From Antedon mediterranea (Eukaryota; Animalia; Echinodermata), in the NCBI RefSeq assembly GCF_964355755.1, contig NC_092674.1, positions 19,902,001 to 19,966,000 on the forward strand: a DNA stretch of 64,000 bases, given 5' to 3'. Shown piece after piece: positions 24,041-37,904 of this stretch. Position 1 is the stretch's first letter. The number at the start of each line of letters is the position of its first letter. The notes under the pieces were generated by a model. That model had not been told where the DNA came from. It did no database searches and saw only the letters and a list, made by a program, of their open reading frames with translations. The position numbers and the translations under genes are program-made.

Positions 24041-26699
24041 TATATATATATATATCAAGAAGTTGACCAGGAATATGTCCTCTATACATTTGACCATAGA
24101 GGGTTAGATGAAGGCACTTCCTCTTATTTGGAAATTTCCTGATGTAGGGCATGCCAAACTGTCATTTAATCATTAAAACAAGATATCACACTAGTATGAA
24201 TGAACTACAGGGGCATAGTGACAGGACAGTCTGGTCATGCAGTCCTATTCTTTCAGCCCATCTTATTGATCTAGTTGAGAAAACGACCATGGAGTTGAAA
24301 GAGTATGAAGATGATGAACAAGAAATTGAATTTGAGGTGGACGATGACTGAACATCTATTGCAGTAACTTGATAAATGGGTTTTGAATGAGTATATGTAG
24401 ACCTACATATACATAGTTTTATTTTGAAAACAGAAACATTCTTACTATATAAGAATTCTGTGAAAATTGAGGTCCTCACTCCTGGATATTCTGAACAATT
24501 TATGACAAAAATAAAGTCTTTATGACCAGAGATTACCGAGATATGACCCTCGGGTGGAAACAAGGTACAGAGTAAAAGGTCAAAAGTTGTTTTTCCTGCC
24601 AACTTTCAAAAATATGTTTCATTAAATCTTATATAAATATGGATATTCTGAACAATTTATGACCAAAATAAAGTCTTTATGACCAGGGGTTACCGAGATA
24701 TGACCCTCGGGTGGAAATAATGTCAAAGGTCAAAAGTGATATTTTCCATCAAATTTCAAAAATATGTTTCATTAAAGCTAATATAAATATGGATACTCCG
24801 AACAATTTAAAACAAAAATAAAATCGTTATGACCATTGGTTACCGAGATATGACCCTTATGTAAAAACGAGGTCAAAGGTCAAAAGTCGTATTTCCGGTC
24901 ATTTTGTATGAAAATGTTTTATTATAGTACATAGGAAAGTGCATATTCTGAACAATATAAGACCAAAATCAAACCTCTATGATCACTCGTTGTCAAGATA
25001 TAGGTCGAATACAAAAATAACCTAAATTATTGCGAAAATCGTTATGCAATAATGTCAAAGGTCAAAAATGATATTTCCCGTCAAATTTCAAAAATATGTT
25101 CCATTAAAGCGAATATAAATATGGATATTCTGAACAATTTAAGACAAAAATAAAATCTTTATGACCAGGGGTTACCAAGATATGACCCTTATGTAAAAAC
25201 AAGGTCAAAGGTCAAAAGTGGCATTTACGGCCATTTTGAACAAAAAATTTTCATTATAGTACATAGAAATGTGCATATTCTGAACAATTTAAGACCAAAA
25301 TCAGACCTCTATGATCAGTCTTTGACAAGTATCGTCTATATTTATGATTTTGATAAATCCAAGATGGCCACCAAAATGGCCCCAAAAAAACCCCATGGGA
25401 CAATATTTCGTCTTGGGAACATCAAAAAATGTTAATTACATATATTCAGGATTACAAAAATGTACATTAAAAAAATACATCATGGGGGTGCACGGTAACC
25501 CCTCCTTCCTACCCTACTAATGCTGTAATGGGTTAAATAGTTATTTTAAACTTTGAATCAGTTACTTACAGTTATATTTTTATAGAGTCTGATAAAATGT
25601 TTAGCTAATCAGTTAGTGTAAATTATTAAACCGTTCTTCATTTACATAATTATATTTTTTGAGGACTGCAATATTTGCCTGATTGTATTGCAAGACTACT
25701 TTTACTTATATTTGCAGTCTACCACAATTGTAGACTTGTCCAATTAGCTTGTCAGTTTTGGATGTTGAAAGAATAGTATGTGTTGATATTTTAGAGAGAG
25801 GTCCAGTGGGAAATCTTTCTGATAATTTGTTTCAAGTATTTCCTCTTCAGATTGTCACCAATATGACCAGGTTTTGCACTGCCTAAACTAATCATTCAAA
25901 ATTTTATTGTTCAAAAACGTTATATTTGTTCTTATTCTCTCTTGCTAGCCCTACTGTACTACAGATATTTTATTCTCCCAACTTCAACACACTAGGTGCA
26001 TTTATGGAAGTTTCAGAGAAATTGGTAATTAATCATTCTTTTATGAGTGTTTAATTGCTGTCTTTCTGGATTTAGCCAGGTTTCAGAGGCTGTAGTTGAC
26101 CCAGCAAATGTGTAGGCACACTTTGGGACTGTATAGTGACCTTTCAGATATAATAAACAAAAGATTTTAATGTATGCAAATTATGCTACTTTTGTGCAAA
26201 AAGTTAAATTGTAAAACTGTTATCTGGTGCCATTTATTTTTCGTAAATGTTTTATTGGTTTGAGGATGCGTCTCAATTCTCAGCAAGTTCTGGGTGCTTA
26301 AATCCAACTCCGACAGCATTGTACAGCGGGGCTCTTTAGGCTTTAGATATTTCATAAACACTATTGGTAGCTTGGTGGTATTGCCAGCTTGGTGGTATTG
26401 CCAGCTTGCTAATTTCATGGTCTTGCATTAAAACCCTGATTCTGTTAATGTACTAGGACACCAAAGACGAATAATATTATCTATTGCACACTGTATTTTA
26501 GTTCATTACGAAAGTTCATTTGACCATACTAATGAAATATGAAATATTTTAATGATGCAAGTAGTGTGTTTTGAAGCAAACTAACTTGGTTCTTTGCCAG
26601 TAGTACTATTTTTGGTGGTGGTTTCATTATTGCTGAATTAGTCATTTCTTAGAAGAGATCAAGATTACCAATAGACATCCAAAGTTTTCTACGGTCCGT

Positions 26700-27579
26700 C
26701 CTGTTTCTGCTGCAACTGCTCAAAATACGGTATAAAAATACGGTATAAAATACGGTATTTTTTATACCGTATTTTTTAGTACCCCGTTTCTGCTAACAAT
26801 ACTTCTTGGGTGGTCGTGTTAAATTTCATCCTTTTTACCCAAATTGCCATTCATTTATTTGGTCAATAATTAAAAGTCGCAATAAAGGAAGTTTTACGTC
26901 TCACTTTCAACAGCCTAGCCCTAGTGATAGAGATGTTGTGAGAGCACAGAAAACATTGTAATGGGGACAAGTAATTCCTTCCCTTTCCGAGTTATTGTCT
27001 TTTACAATCTTTTACTGCTTTCGCAGGCTCTTCAGCTTTGAATTTACTTGCTTTGGAGTCTATTCCGTACTCTTGCTTTATTTTTTTAGAAATGTCTTTA
27101 TAAATGTGGTTGTCCCTTTTATTACCTTTTAGTTGGCCGGACATTTTAGCTTCCCCATCCCCTCCTTCCCCACCCCCTCCTTCCCCATCCCCTCTTTCCC
27201 CATCCCCTCCCCCTCCTTCCCCACACAGATTTATATAGTAAATACTGTGACGTCTTCGCTCCACATTTTCGACGAATATCTATACACGTGTGTAAAACAG
27301 CTGACAGCGACAGAAAATAAAAACACGATGTTGACCTCATGTCACAGGTAAAAAAAAAATACGGTATTTTTTATTGGCAGCAGAAAAGGGTACAAAAAAT
27401 ACGGTATAAATTTGTAAATACCGTATTTTATCCACAAATTTGGTGGGGAAAATACGGTATACAAAATACGGTATTTTTTTTATGAACGCAGTTTCTGCTG
27501 CCAAAAAAATATGGTATATATATACGGTATTCAAAAAATACCGTATAAAATACGGTATTTTCTTGGCAGCAGAAACAGG
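26700..27579. mobile_element. AAAATACGGTAT TIR element, copy 2
   Basis: TIR cctgtttctgctgc ... gcagcagaaacagg. Body matches 13224-14108. Has an expanded C-rich tract at ~27150-27222. Confidence 0.85.
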
Positions 27580-28024
27580 GCCTACGTTACCTTATTTGAC
27601 TTGACACTTGATCACCAACTATACTGAGCTGATTTGATTTTACATAAGAGTACATTTTGTGGAAGCCTAGAGGTGACCAAAACTTGGTCTTTCAGTTGGT
27701 CACAGACAGCCCATCCAAAAATACAGTATGAACAAAAACTCTTGTCTTTGAGTCAGTTACAGTTTTAGAAGTCCCTCTCAATGAGTATGGATTACTTTAG
27801 TTTTGGACTTTGACAAACTTCACTTTAGCAGGCCATCTTCCTAATGTAAATATTCACAGTATTAGTCATGATATAGCTGTTAATATTAGGTGGTTGGGAA
27901 TAAACATTCCTAATAAAATGCACCCTGCTGCTGCCTAGGAATGCAATTTACAACTTTCCATTTCTATATGTAAAGAATTTGTTTATTTTCTCAAACCCAG
28001 TAAAATGGTTAGCTTGTTGCTTGC

Positions 28025-28210
28025 AGTGTCTTTCATTTTCTCCTTTTCGTATAGTTGGGTCTTTTTTCGTACATTTAAGTCTCCCTTTCTTTGTATATTT
28101 AAGTCTCACTTTTTTTGTATAGTACTTAGTAGAGTCTCCCTTTTCGTATAGTGGGGTCTCTCTTTTCGTATTGAGTCTTGGGTCTTTGGTCTCTAGTTTC
28201 GAAACACCCA
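28025..28210 (-). repeat. Short degenerate tandem array (~27 bp), probably a MITE end
   Basis: Repeated gtctc...ttttcgta units ending in tttcgaaacaccc. Confidence 0.45.
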
Positions 28211-30774
28211 AAATGTGTAAGGTTTAATATAGTTTGATGTGCATTAAAAGTGACCTGAAAAGTGTGTTACAAGTAGACTAGTTAGTATGTCCTAGTTTTC
28301 ATCATTAAAATGTTATTATGCCTATCTCAAAGCCTAGGTCAAATTTAGGTCATGTTAGTATTAGTCAGAAGTAGCAAGTTAAAAGGTGAACATCATCATT
28401 GGCTATATACCAGAAGAGGGATCTTGTTGCCATTGTCATGGTAACCATACTGTACTTTTTATAAACAAGGAAGTAAAATGATGCATTGGTTCTGTTGTGT
28501 CAAGTATGGTATATCACTCAGAATAGCATACAGTATTACTTATGCTTTTTTCTCTTTTAACCTTCATGCACTTGTTCTACCCACACCATTTATGTCAGAT
28601 TTAGGATATGGTTTGGATCATACAATTATGCTGCAATATATATTTGAACAAAATGCCAATGTTTGAATTGTTTCTAACTTTAAACTCTTTACAATACAGG
28701 GGGTTGATAAAAGGAGAAGTGTTTTAAGACATGTTAACTGTACAATAAAATAAATGTTATGAAATGATCTAGAGAAGTACTACATACTGTACACTCTTTC
28801 CCAAGAAAAGGATAAAATGCCATAATATTAAATATACATAATTACAATGGCAATTGTTGTTGGTTATCAATTTAAAGAAACTAAAGAGCTTACAGTTTTT
28901 TTGTTATTAGTTATTATTACAGAATTTACTACCATTAACAAGACATATTTTTTTCAGTTTTTCCTCAACACTATTGGCATTTTAATCTGGTTCCAGCCTA
29001 CCCAAAAGGAATTACATTAATAGCCTAGCCACTGATCAGGATTAGTGGTACAGCAAAATGAAGGTCTCCAGAATTAATGTAGTGAAACAATTCTTTGTTT
29101 CAGTTTGGCCCACACACCCAAAGGCCTTCACCTGTTGCAAACACTGAAATATCACTCTTTACTGACCCCTACATCTTGCTAATTAATTAATCTTGATGTC
29201 ATGTGTAGTTTTGAACATTATACAGTTTGTTCCAAATTTATCAGAATTGCTCTAGAAATGATTTGCTTCAGTACATGCTATATCTACTGACTCATACATA
29301 CAGTATATTTGTTAATTAACCAGTTTAATTATTTATTCTTAAACTAACTTTAACAACTTTATAGTAATCACCCATTCCATCTCATTCTAATCTGCTCCTA
29401 CTAATACTATACTCTCACTCTACTTCCTTAAGAATTTACATTGCAAATTACTCATTTACATACACATGTCCTATTGGTATAAGCACTCTAGGCGTTGTTT
29501 ACAGTGTTCTGATGATGAAAATAGTTTCTCGAAACATGTCACATTTACATTTTAAGGCAGTTTGCCTTTTTATTAAATGCCTCGCTATAGTCATCTTAAC
29601 TCGTAAGTTTGGTGGTATTATTCATGATTGCAAATTGTCTTTTTGATTATGTAATTTGCTTACCTTTATTCCATGTACTTATAATTTTTTTTTACTAAAA
29701 CTATACAATCATTTCATGTTTATAATTGTTATTTTCCCTCAACATTCTAAAAATCTTAAAGTAACTTTAACTTATTGTAATCATACATACATTTTGGCAA
29801 ATTGATAAATTTACAAAAAGTTTCAGCTACCTTTGCTCAATTAAAAAGTCTAAACTAGTATGAAAAATGTCCCTACTATACTAGAAAATTGCTGGTTTGC
29901 TGATGTGCTTTTGAGCTCACTTTGTATAATTTACAACTTTCCTAAAAAACTATGTATTCTAACATTACAACTTATAGGATTATAACAAATTATAGAAATA
30001 GTAATTAGTTTGTAGAATGTACTATATTAAAAATGACTAATTTGGATTATTTTACACCATTATAGTGTATTTACATTCATTATTAGGTTACCAAATACAG
30101 TTTCCTCTATTAAACAACAATAGAGACTTTACAATAAACAATTGTGTTGCATGTATTGTGTTTAAGCATTGTTCCAAGTCAGAAAGGTGTTCCACAACTC
30201 TCATGAGTATTGTTTGCAGCTTAAATTGACTAACCACAGAAACGCACAGCACTGAATACAACTACAAGTAAAACAGCGTATCTAAATTGTAATCTTATAA
30301 AGTCCATGAATGCTGGACCAGTACAGATTCCACCATCCAGCTAATATCTGGAACCCACTTTTCTACTCTATTTCTCTTACTAAAATGCAATGGAACTTAT
30401 ACTATAAGTTATAGTATATGATAAAACCTATAATAAATATATATAGAAAGGTTAATAAATGATAATAGTGAATAGCTTAGTGGTCATAATCAGCTGGTAG
30501 TGTTTTGTGGTTTGTTTTATTCTGGTTACAGTTTAGTTTTGTCATCAAATAACTAATACAACTTTGTATTGCACTTCTGAAAAACTGTAATCTTCAGCTT
30601 TGTTCATTAACCTTGAATAATGAAAGAAGTAACAAACTGCTATCATGCAAACTAATAATCATAAATTAATTGGTTTATCATATATGTATACAATTTTTAA
30701 GACTGAAAATATTAACTAATCAGCATTTCTTGTTCAATTTTTCATATATTTAATAATACGTGTCGCGCTTAATA

Positions 30775-30930
30775 CTTTACTATCTTTAAATCGCTTCACA
30801 TAGGAATTCACATGATCACCCCAACCATTTGTATTTGTACAAACATGTATGGAAACATATGTTGCAGCTAGTAATCAGTGCAGTTTGATCTTACCAGGTA
30901 CCCATTTGTACACCTTGGTGAGGAGAGAAC
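30775..30930 (-). mobile_element. Old SINE remnant
   Basis: Minus strand tctcctcaccaaggtgtacaaatgggtacctg resembles a conserved SINE central motif. Degraded. Confidence 0.4.
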
Positions 30931-31018
30931 ATTGGAATCTACAATTTAATTTTATGTTTCATTCTGTGTATTTTCTTTCAAAGAAAAATGTTTTTTATTT
31001 TTCAGTTTCATCCCTTAA

Positions 31019-31405
<387 letters not shown>

Positions 31406-31816
31406 TAATGAGGCCAGTTGTTCCCAGAATGAATACTGTACAATTGATGATGACCCACAGAGATAATTTTGTATGAGAGGTTAAATCACATAATGTCACC
31501 TCCCCAATACCATAAACATGTTTTAAATGAATAAATAAAAATACCAAAATCTCTGAAAACAGAAAATTCTCTCAATACTGAAAACTGTATGAAATCGGAA
31601 TTTTCTTGAGAGGTCGAAAATGTCTGTCTTAATAATGTTAAAAACCCATTCAGAATATCAGAATTTCTTGAAAACCTATTACGCCAGACAAAGGAGTGTC
31701 TGATATAGTGACAATTGACTGTGCATGATTTGTTGGTAGTTGGTTTGGAGAAAAGAGAAAATCAATATGATTACGTTTTTTTTTATCACTTTTTTTTTAA
31801 TTTGTACATTTTTCAG

Positions 31817-31980
31817 TAAGGGCACTTCAACAATCACACTTAACACAGCCCCCAACGAATCAACCAGCACAACAAGTTGGCCAGTTGACCCCACAGCAAC
31901 GACAACAAAAGGTGCGCTTACAACGACTTCAATTAGAACGTGAGAGGTTACGAAAACGTACACAACAGATTCTTCAACAG
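31817..31980 (+). CDS. YAP1: YAP exon 3 (Q-rich region, coiled coil)
   Basis: tttttcag|TA in phase 1. VRALQQSHLTQPPTNQPAQQVGQLTPQQRQQKVRLQRLQLERERLRKRTQQILQQ, then |gtaatt. Confidence 0.93.
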
Positions 31981-34900
31981 GTAATTGCGTTTCTCTTTGC
32001 CCGCGCTAAAATACTATATTTTATTTTAGTTATTTTTCATCAATTTCTGAATCATTTTACAAATATTATTAATTTGTAGTTGTGCTGTATATGCTCCAAA
32101 ATGTTGTAGACTTCTAATATAGAATGTCACTGCTAATTTTATTACATAGAAGGACATCAAAGCGTTTATATTTTAACATTTAAAACATTTATTCGTCTAT
32201 TTCGTGCCTAGCTTACCTGGATAAACCAACAATAGCCTTTCTCCTCGAAGAGCGAGATATAACTCGAAAAGTAGAAGTTTTCATTGAATCCCCCTCTCCA
32301 CAAATGGTACAAAATGTTGGTTTGTGTATTTACAGTTTACACTGGTATACATACTTGAATTATCCCCACATTTCTCATTTTCACTGGCTGTGAAAAGGGG
32401 GTAAATTATTTATTTATATTTTTTATAATGTTTGTCATAATCTTTTTATTAATTTTAATAATCATTGATTCTCTTTCCCACTATTTCTATTCCCTAAATA
32501 AACTTGTTATTGAAAAAGAGTTTGTATGATTAAAATTTGAGTTAATCATCATCCCTACAGTAACTTACTCTAGACAGGCTTAATTCTTTTACCCTTTTAT
32601 CATCAAATCGCTTGTGAAAAGTTCAACTTCTTGTGTCAGAGAAAATTTGAGGCACATTGTAGGCCTAGCCATTGACTCAGCTGGAGCCATACAAGTCTGG
32701 CCGAGGCTGTTTTGATAGGCTAACTACCTGGCTCTATTACCTGCTGTGTGCATTAGTTGGGCCTTGCTTGTTTGTTATCATATACCATCTATACTGGGTC
32801 AATTTATTCTGTATGCCTAAATATCTGGGGTCCTTCTCAAAAAATATTCAACTTATTTTGGAAAAAAGAAAGGAGGATAATTTGTATATTGAAATGTTTG
32901 TTTTTATAATTTAAACACAGTGGTAATATTAAACTCAAATTGTACAAATAAACTGTTATGCTGACTAAAATTGCTTTAAATATTATTATAAACTACAATA
33001 ATTGACAAGATATTCTTTTTGTTTGTGTTTACCTTGTAAAATTAATCTGTTTCCCTTCCTTCAGTTAGAAATTATTTTGAGGAAATATTTGGCAATAGGC
33101 TATTAAAGACCATTAGCCCGCGATATATGGTAATGTAATAAACTATTAAAGAACAACTTGACAGATAACTATATTTTAACAACGTATTAGGGTTGTACAT
33201 ATGATTTTAGAACAATCGCGAGATTTACGATATCGCACCGCCGCTTGCCTTACAGCTGTCGCCGTAAATTGCTGTGACGTCACAAATTCATTTATTTAAA
33301 AAGTGTGTTTAATAGAAATGTTTTTTTTTATGAAAATTTTAGGAATTTTCATACAGCAGTCTATAAAACTAGGATCAATTTCATGTACTGGTAGAAAATT
33401 GTTTTAATCAATTAATACCAACTCAAAACAATTTTTGCTCCACTCAATGTATACTTTTTTACTGTACTACTATTTTTATTTTATTCTTTATTTATACATT
33501 CTAAGAATTACTTGCTTTAAATTGTGTGATTGTAAACATATAAAAATGTATCTATACAAGATAAAAATGGCAATAGTTTTGTCATGTCATCCAGTAGTTG
33601 AATAGACTAGATTTAGTATAGAAAAAGAAGTTTATTGTTTAGAGCTATATTTTATGTTGTGATTATAACCCCTTGTCCAACACTTGAACAGAGATGAATT
33701 GTTAATAGATAATAGGCCTTAATCAAATTTCTACCAATATAAGCCAAATTATTAACAACTTCCTTATTGTGTCGCCACTCATATGTAGGTCATAGACTGG
33801 TACATTTCAATTTAACTGTTAAATAATTATACGCGTTGTGTAATGAGGTTTCACTCAAAATACATAAAGAACATTACATGTTATTTTTCTGAGAAAGTAA
33901 TATTAATTGTGTTACATATTAACTCAAACTATTATCTATTATAACTTAAAATCAGCTACATTTGTTTTGCAATACACTACTACTGTACAAGTAATAGTTG
34001 ATTCATCACACATGAAAGAATCTTGAATGTTATGTTATCATTGTATCAAAGCTTTTATTTTGTTAAAAACATTTCTTTGCTTTATATCCTATCATTAATA
34101 TATAGACTATCAACAAAATAATAAATATATATAAATACAATCAATAATCATTTTATTATCGATTATTGTAATTATTATTTATTGGTTGAAATAACTGAAA
34201 GGATGTTTGTCATTACTCAATTGCGTCGATCGCTTATGATGATTGTAAATGTAGTAATTAAAATTAAACAATTGTAATAGTTTGTTCACTTTCTTGATTA
34301 GATTAATCAATGCAGAATATTGAATTGGTCTAAAAGATGAAATTCAAAAATAAACCAATCGATACTCCATTAATATTCTGATCCTAAACAGATTAAATTG
34401 GAAATTTGTTCTTACTAGAGAAAAATTATCTTAGCTTATTAATGTAAAGCCTCACTAGAGAGTTGTTTGCAGTTTATTACAAAGTAACCATTACTTAATT
34501 CTTTGTATCAGTCCTACTTTGCATCTTAATGCTTGTATTTTATTCTGACCTAGTTTAAAATTTGCTTTGAAATTTAACTGCTAATTTTTATGAATTTCTC
34601 TATTTTAACTGATCAAACTAAATAGCAAGAGTACTACAATATGTTGACTTGCACATATCTATGTTCGTATATTTGTAATGTTTTGCCGGTTGTAATACTA
34701 GTAGTGTTACATATACTGTATTAGATCTACATAACACCTGACCGCTTCCGAAAAGAAAAGTTGCATTGTGTCGTGTTGACGCTAGGTGGGCAATTTAGAG
34801 CGTATCGTACAGAATACAAAGCTTAGCTTTTTCTGGCCTTGCCTTGTTTTTGTGGCCGGGAATTGAACCGTGCCTTGATCAATTCTCTACTATTGTTCGT

Positions 34901-36212
34901 TTAATTATGCATAGGCTACTAAAGAATGAAATATAATAAAACACAATATAAAAAATAAAGTAGATTTTGTTATATAGTTAAATAATGGTGTCACAGTTGA
35001 TCAGATATGGGTGTTATAGTGTGTTGAAGTGTACTTAAGCGTTTGTAAGTCGGCCATACATTAGAAGTTACTAGAGGCACTAAATGAATTACTTGAACAA
35101 TAGCTGATTAAAACCAAATAAGGTCAAAGGTACTAGTTCTCAAATTGTTGCATTCTGCCACAGTGGGACCTGCAATAAAGCCTGGAGGGTGAAATACAAA
35201 GCAAATGCATTTAGTTAGTGCATGTAGTGGGCAAATCACTCACTCATGATTTTAATAATGTTAATAACTGTAAAAATAAAGTTTTTGGATTGTATTAAAA
35301 CTTTCCTGTAAAATATTATGAAACAAAATTTACTATCAGGAAATCAAATATTAAAAAATATAATGAAACGTCAGTGAAATTATTTGTTAAAAATTACTAC
35401 ATTACTATACAACCTTATAAGTAGGTCCAAATAAAAGAATATTTTATGTTTGACCTTGGTAACAGAAAAATTAAAATAATTTAAAAGATGTGGGGTAAAT
35501 TTTGATTGAAAATTAATGGCTCTGTTGAATTTCACAAATAAAAAATAAAAACATATTATTAAATATTGAAACACTTGTCCGTGAATAAATTGAAATTATT
35601 TCTCTTTATGAATGACCAAAGAATAGATTTCAGGTTGATTAAAACCCACCACTCTAGATAAACAAACTTAGTAATCGCTGGCGTTGTTGTATACTGTAAT
35701 ACAATGCAATATAACTTAGGATAAGATAGCAATCATGTCCTCATGAGTGCCTTCAATAAACTTTGTTTGTTCTTTGTTTAATCTGTCTTTCTAGATAAAT
35801 AGTAAACAAGTATTATGTATATTGTAGTGTGTTATGATTGTCAGTTCCTGTTCACATGACGCCGCCGCCTATATCAGGTGTTTTATAGGTGTTGTTTAAT
35901 GTCAATTCCCATGGTTCTGGGTTCAACTCCATAACAATTTTTTCTCATGACCATAAAGTTTGAAGATCATATATAAAAGATGACTAATACTAGTATTTTA
36001 AACTAAATATTATGGAAAGAGCCACTCGCCTCCATGTACCATGTAGAAAGTATTTAGTTTAGTGCTTGAAATGCTTATTATTTAAATGGTTACAAAAAGA
36101 ACAGTTTGTACTGTTGATTAAACTTTTGTAATTATACTGTCCAAAATGTTATAACTTCATAAAATAATGTTTGTTGAACGATTAAATTTCATAGATCTCC
36201 TTTTCTTCAAAG

Positions 36213-36396
36213 GAGTTCCAGATTCGACGTGAGATTAGTGATGATGAACATACTGTAAGTAGTACCGGACTTGATCCGTTCCTTGGACACAACCGGCAAG
36301 AGAGCGGAGACAGTGGATGCGGAATGAGTAATTACAGCCATCCCAGAACTCCAGACGGAATAATTAGTAACTTAGATGATATGGAAACTGATAATG
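36213..36396 (+). CDS. YAP1: YAP exon 4 (phosphodegron); alternative in-frame acceptor at 36195
   Basis: Not in the ORF track. EFQIRREISDDEHTVSSTGLDPFLGHNRQESGDSGCGMSNYSHPRTPDGIISNLDDMETDN, then G|gtaagg. Confidence 0.92.
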
Positions 36397-37656
36397 GTAA
36401 GGATATTCTTCATTTTAAGTATGTGAAAAATTAATAAAGTTTATAAGTAAAAGGTAAGGGCTTATTTCTGTCGTGAGTATACAACTGGTTAAATAGTGTT
36501 TGAATTGTCTACTTCCATTTTTTTAATAGCAGTACCAAATGGCACATTCAAGCGATTTCCATCAGTTAACTTGATGTTCCGTAAGCTATAGGCCAAACGG
36601 CAGCTTGAAAAATAAAAAATAAATACAATGATAAATGTTTAGTTTCATAAGCTTCTTTATTTTAAAGCAAGACACAGCATCATTCGTATCCAACATATAC
36701 CTTTAAATAAATTGAAATTGATTTTTTTTTAAATCACAATTAAAGTTTTTTTTTTAAATAAAATGCACAGAATACTGACTATTCTTAATGCATGAGTTTC
36801 AATATTATTAGTCACAAAATACCATTAATATTGTAAGTTTTAAAATACTTTTAAAAATAATGAACTTAAAGTAGTATGTAGGAATAAAGCTAGCTATATT
36901 AATATGCAATGTTGATTGGATGGAAAGCCCTTTAATGTTTCGATTTACTTATATATAAAATTGTCTTAGATCTACAATTAATGTATCAAATAAAGCAAGA
37001 AATGTAATTTTGGATCGCGTCTTATTAAAGATACAGTTTCATGAAATGGTGAGGAAAGAAATGAGCTGAGCTTGTTATACAAATTTCAATTGACAGAATA
37101 AACAATATTGTAAAATAGAATGTTCAATAACTTTAAATTTAAATTATAATATATAAAGTAAAATTTCGGAGTTTGTTATTTATTTCACTATCAAATTTAT
37201 TAAAACCCTCTGGTGTTTAGAATTCCAAATCGTTTTAAAATTAATTTACCAGTAATCCCTGAAAGCCAGTTTTGAACATATTTTTTGAGAATAAATTGAC
37301 ATCCAGGATTTTATGGCTTCAAATATGGTAGGTTGATTGTCCTTTAGTTACTTGAATTAATAAATATTGTTGGAACACTAATTCATTTGTTACATTACTG
37401 TACATATTTACAGTGCAGTACTGTACTGTAATGTTTTATTTCAGTGGTACATATAGGCCTGCTGTCCCTTTAACGTTTCATTTTTGTATGAAAGTTGCAT
37501 TCATGATATGAAATAGAGAGTATGCAATTACAGTTAATATGCGATTTACTCTACATGTCCTATTACTGTACATTAATAACAAGATAAGAGGAGTAAATTA
37601 ACAGACATAGATACAGTACATATCGTTTTCCATGTTTTATTTCCGTTGCTTTACAG

Positions 37657-37904
37657 TGGAGAAGAAAACCGACCCAAATTTACATGTGAACAACAATACG
37701 CATAGGATGCCACCAGAGTTCTTAGACTCTATGCCAGGCACTAGTGTAGACATTACATCAATGGAGCCACCGGATGCAACACAAATAAATATGGAAAATG
37801 ATGATTTACCAAGTTTACCAGAGCCATTCAATTCCGATATTTTGACTGACATGGAAGCGGATCTTTTACCAAGCAAAATGGATAGCATCTTGACGTGGTT
37901 ATAG
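37657..37904 (+). CDS. YAP1: YAP exon 5 (transactivation domain, PDZ-binding motif)
   Basis: ttacag|TG in phase 1. ...RMPPEFLDSMPGTSVD...MDSILTWL*. The five exons total 1257 nt, or 418 aa. Confidence 0.95.

Larger units (their letters stand above)
20468..25519. mobile_element. Academ-like DNA transposon derivative with ~1-kb TIRs built of ~150-bp subrepeats
   Basis: ATG|tagtctagtaggaaggaggggttaccgtgcacccc ... ggggtgcacggtaacccctccttcctaccctacta|ATG. TAG/CTA termini and a 3-bp TSD. TIRs at ~20468-21500 and ~24484-25519. Confidence 0.7.

Noticed and set aside
20468-25519. Polinton/Maverick (long TIRs, AGTAG-like end)
   Set aside because: There is no 6-bp TSD and no polB, integrase or capsid remnant. 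TAG/CTA ends with a 3-bp TSD fit Academ better.
26992-27340. Gly-rich, Pro-rich and Arg-Gly-rich ORFs
   Set aside because: They arise from the C-rich tandem expansion inside a non-autonomous element.
31740-31943. Signal-peptide plus Thr-rich mucin-like ORF
   Set aside because: It is an alternative frame over the polypyrimidine tract and YAP exon 3.
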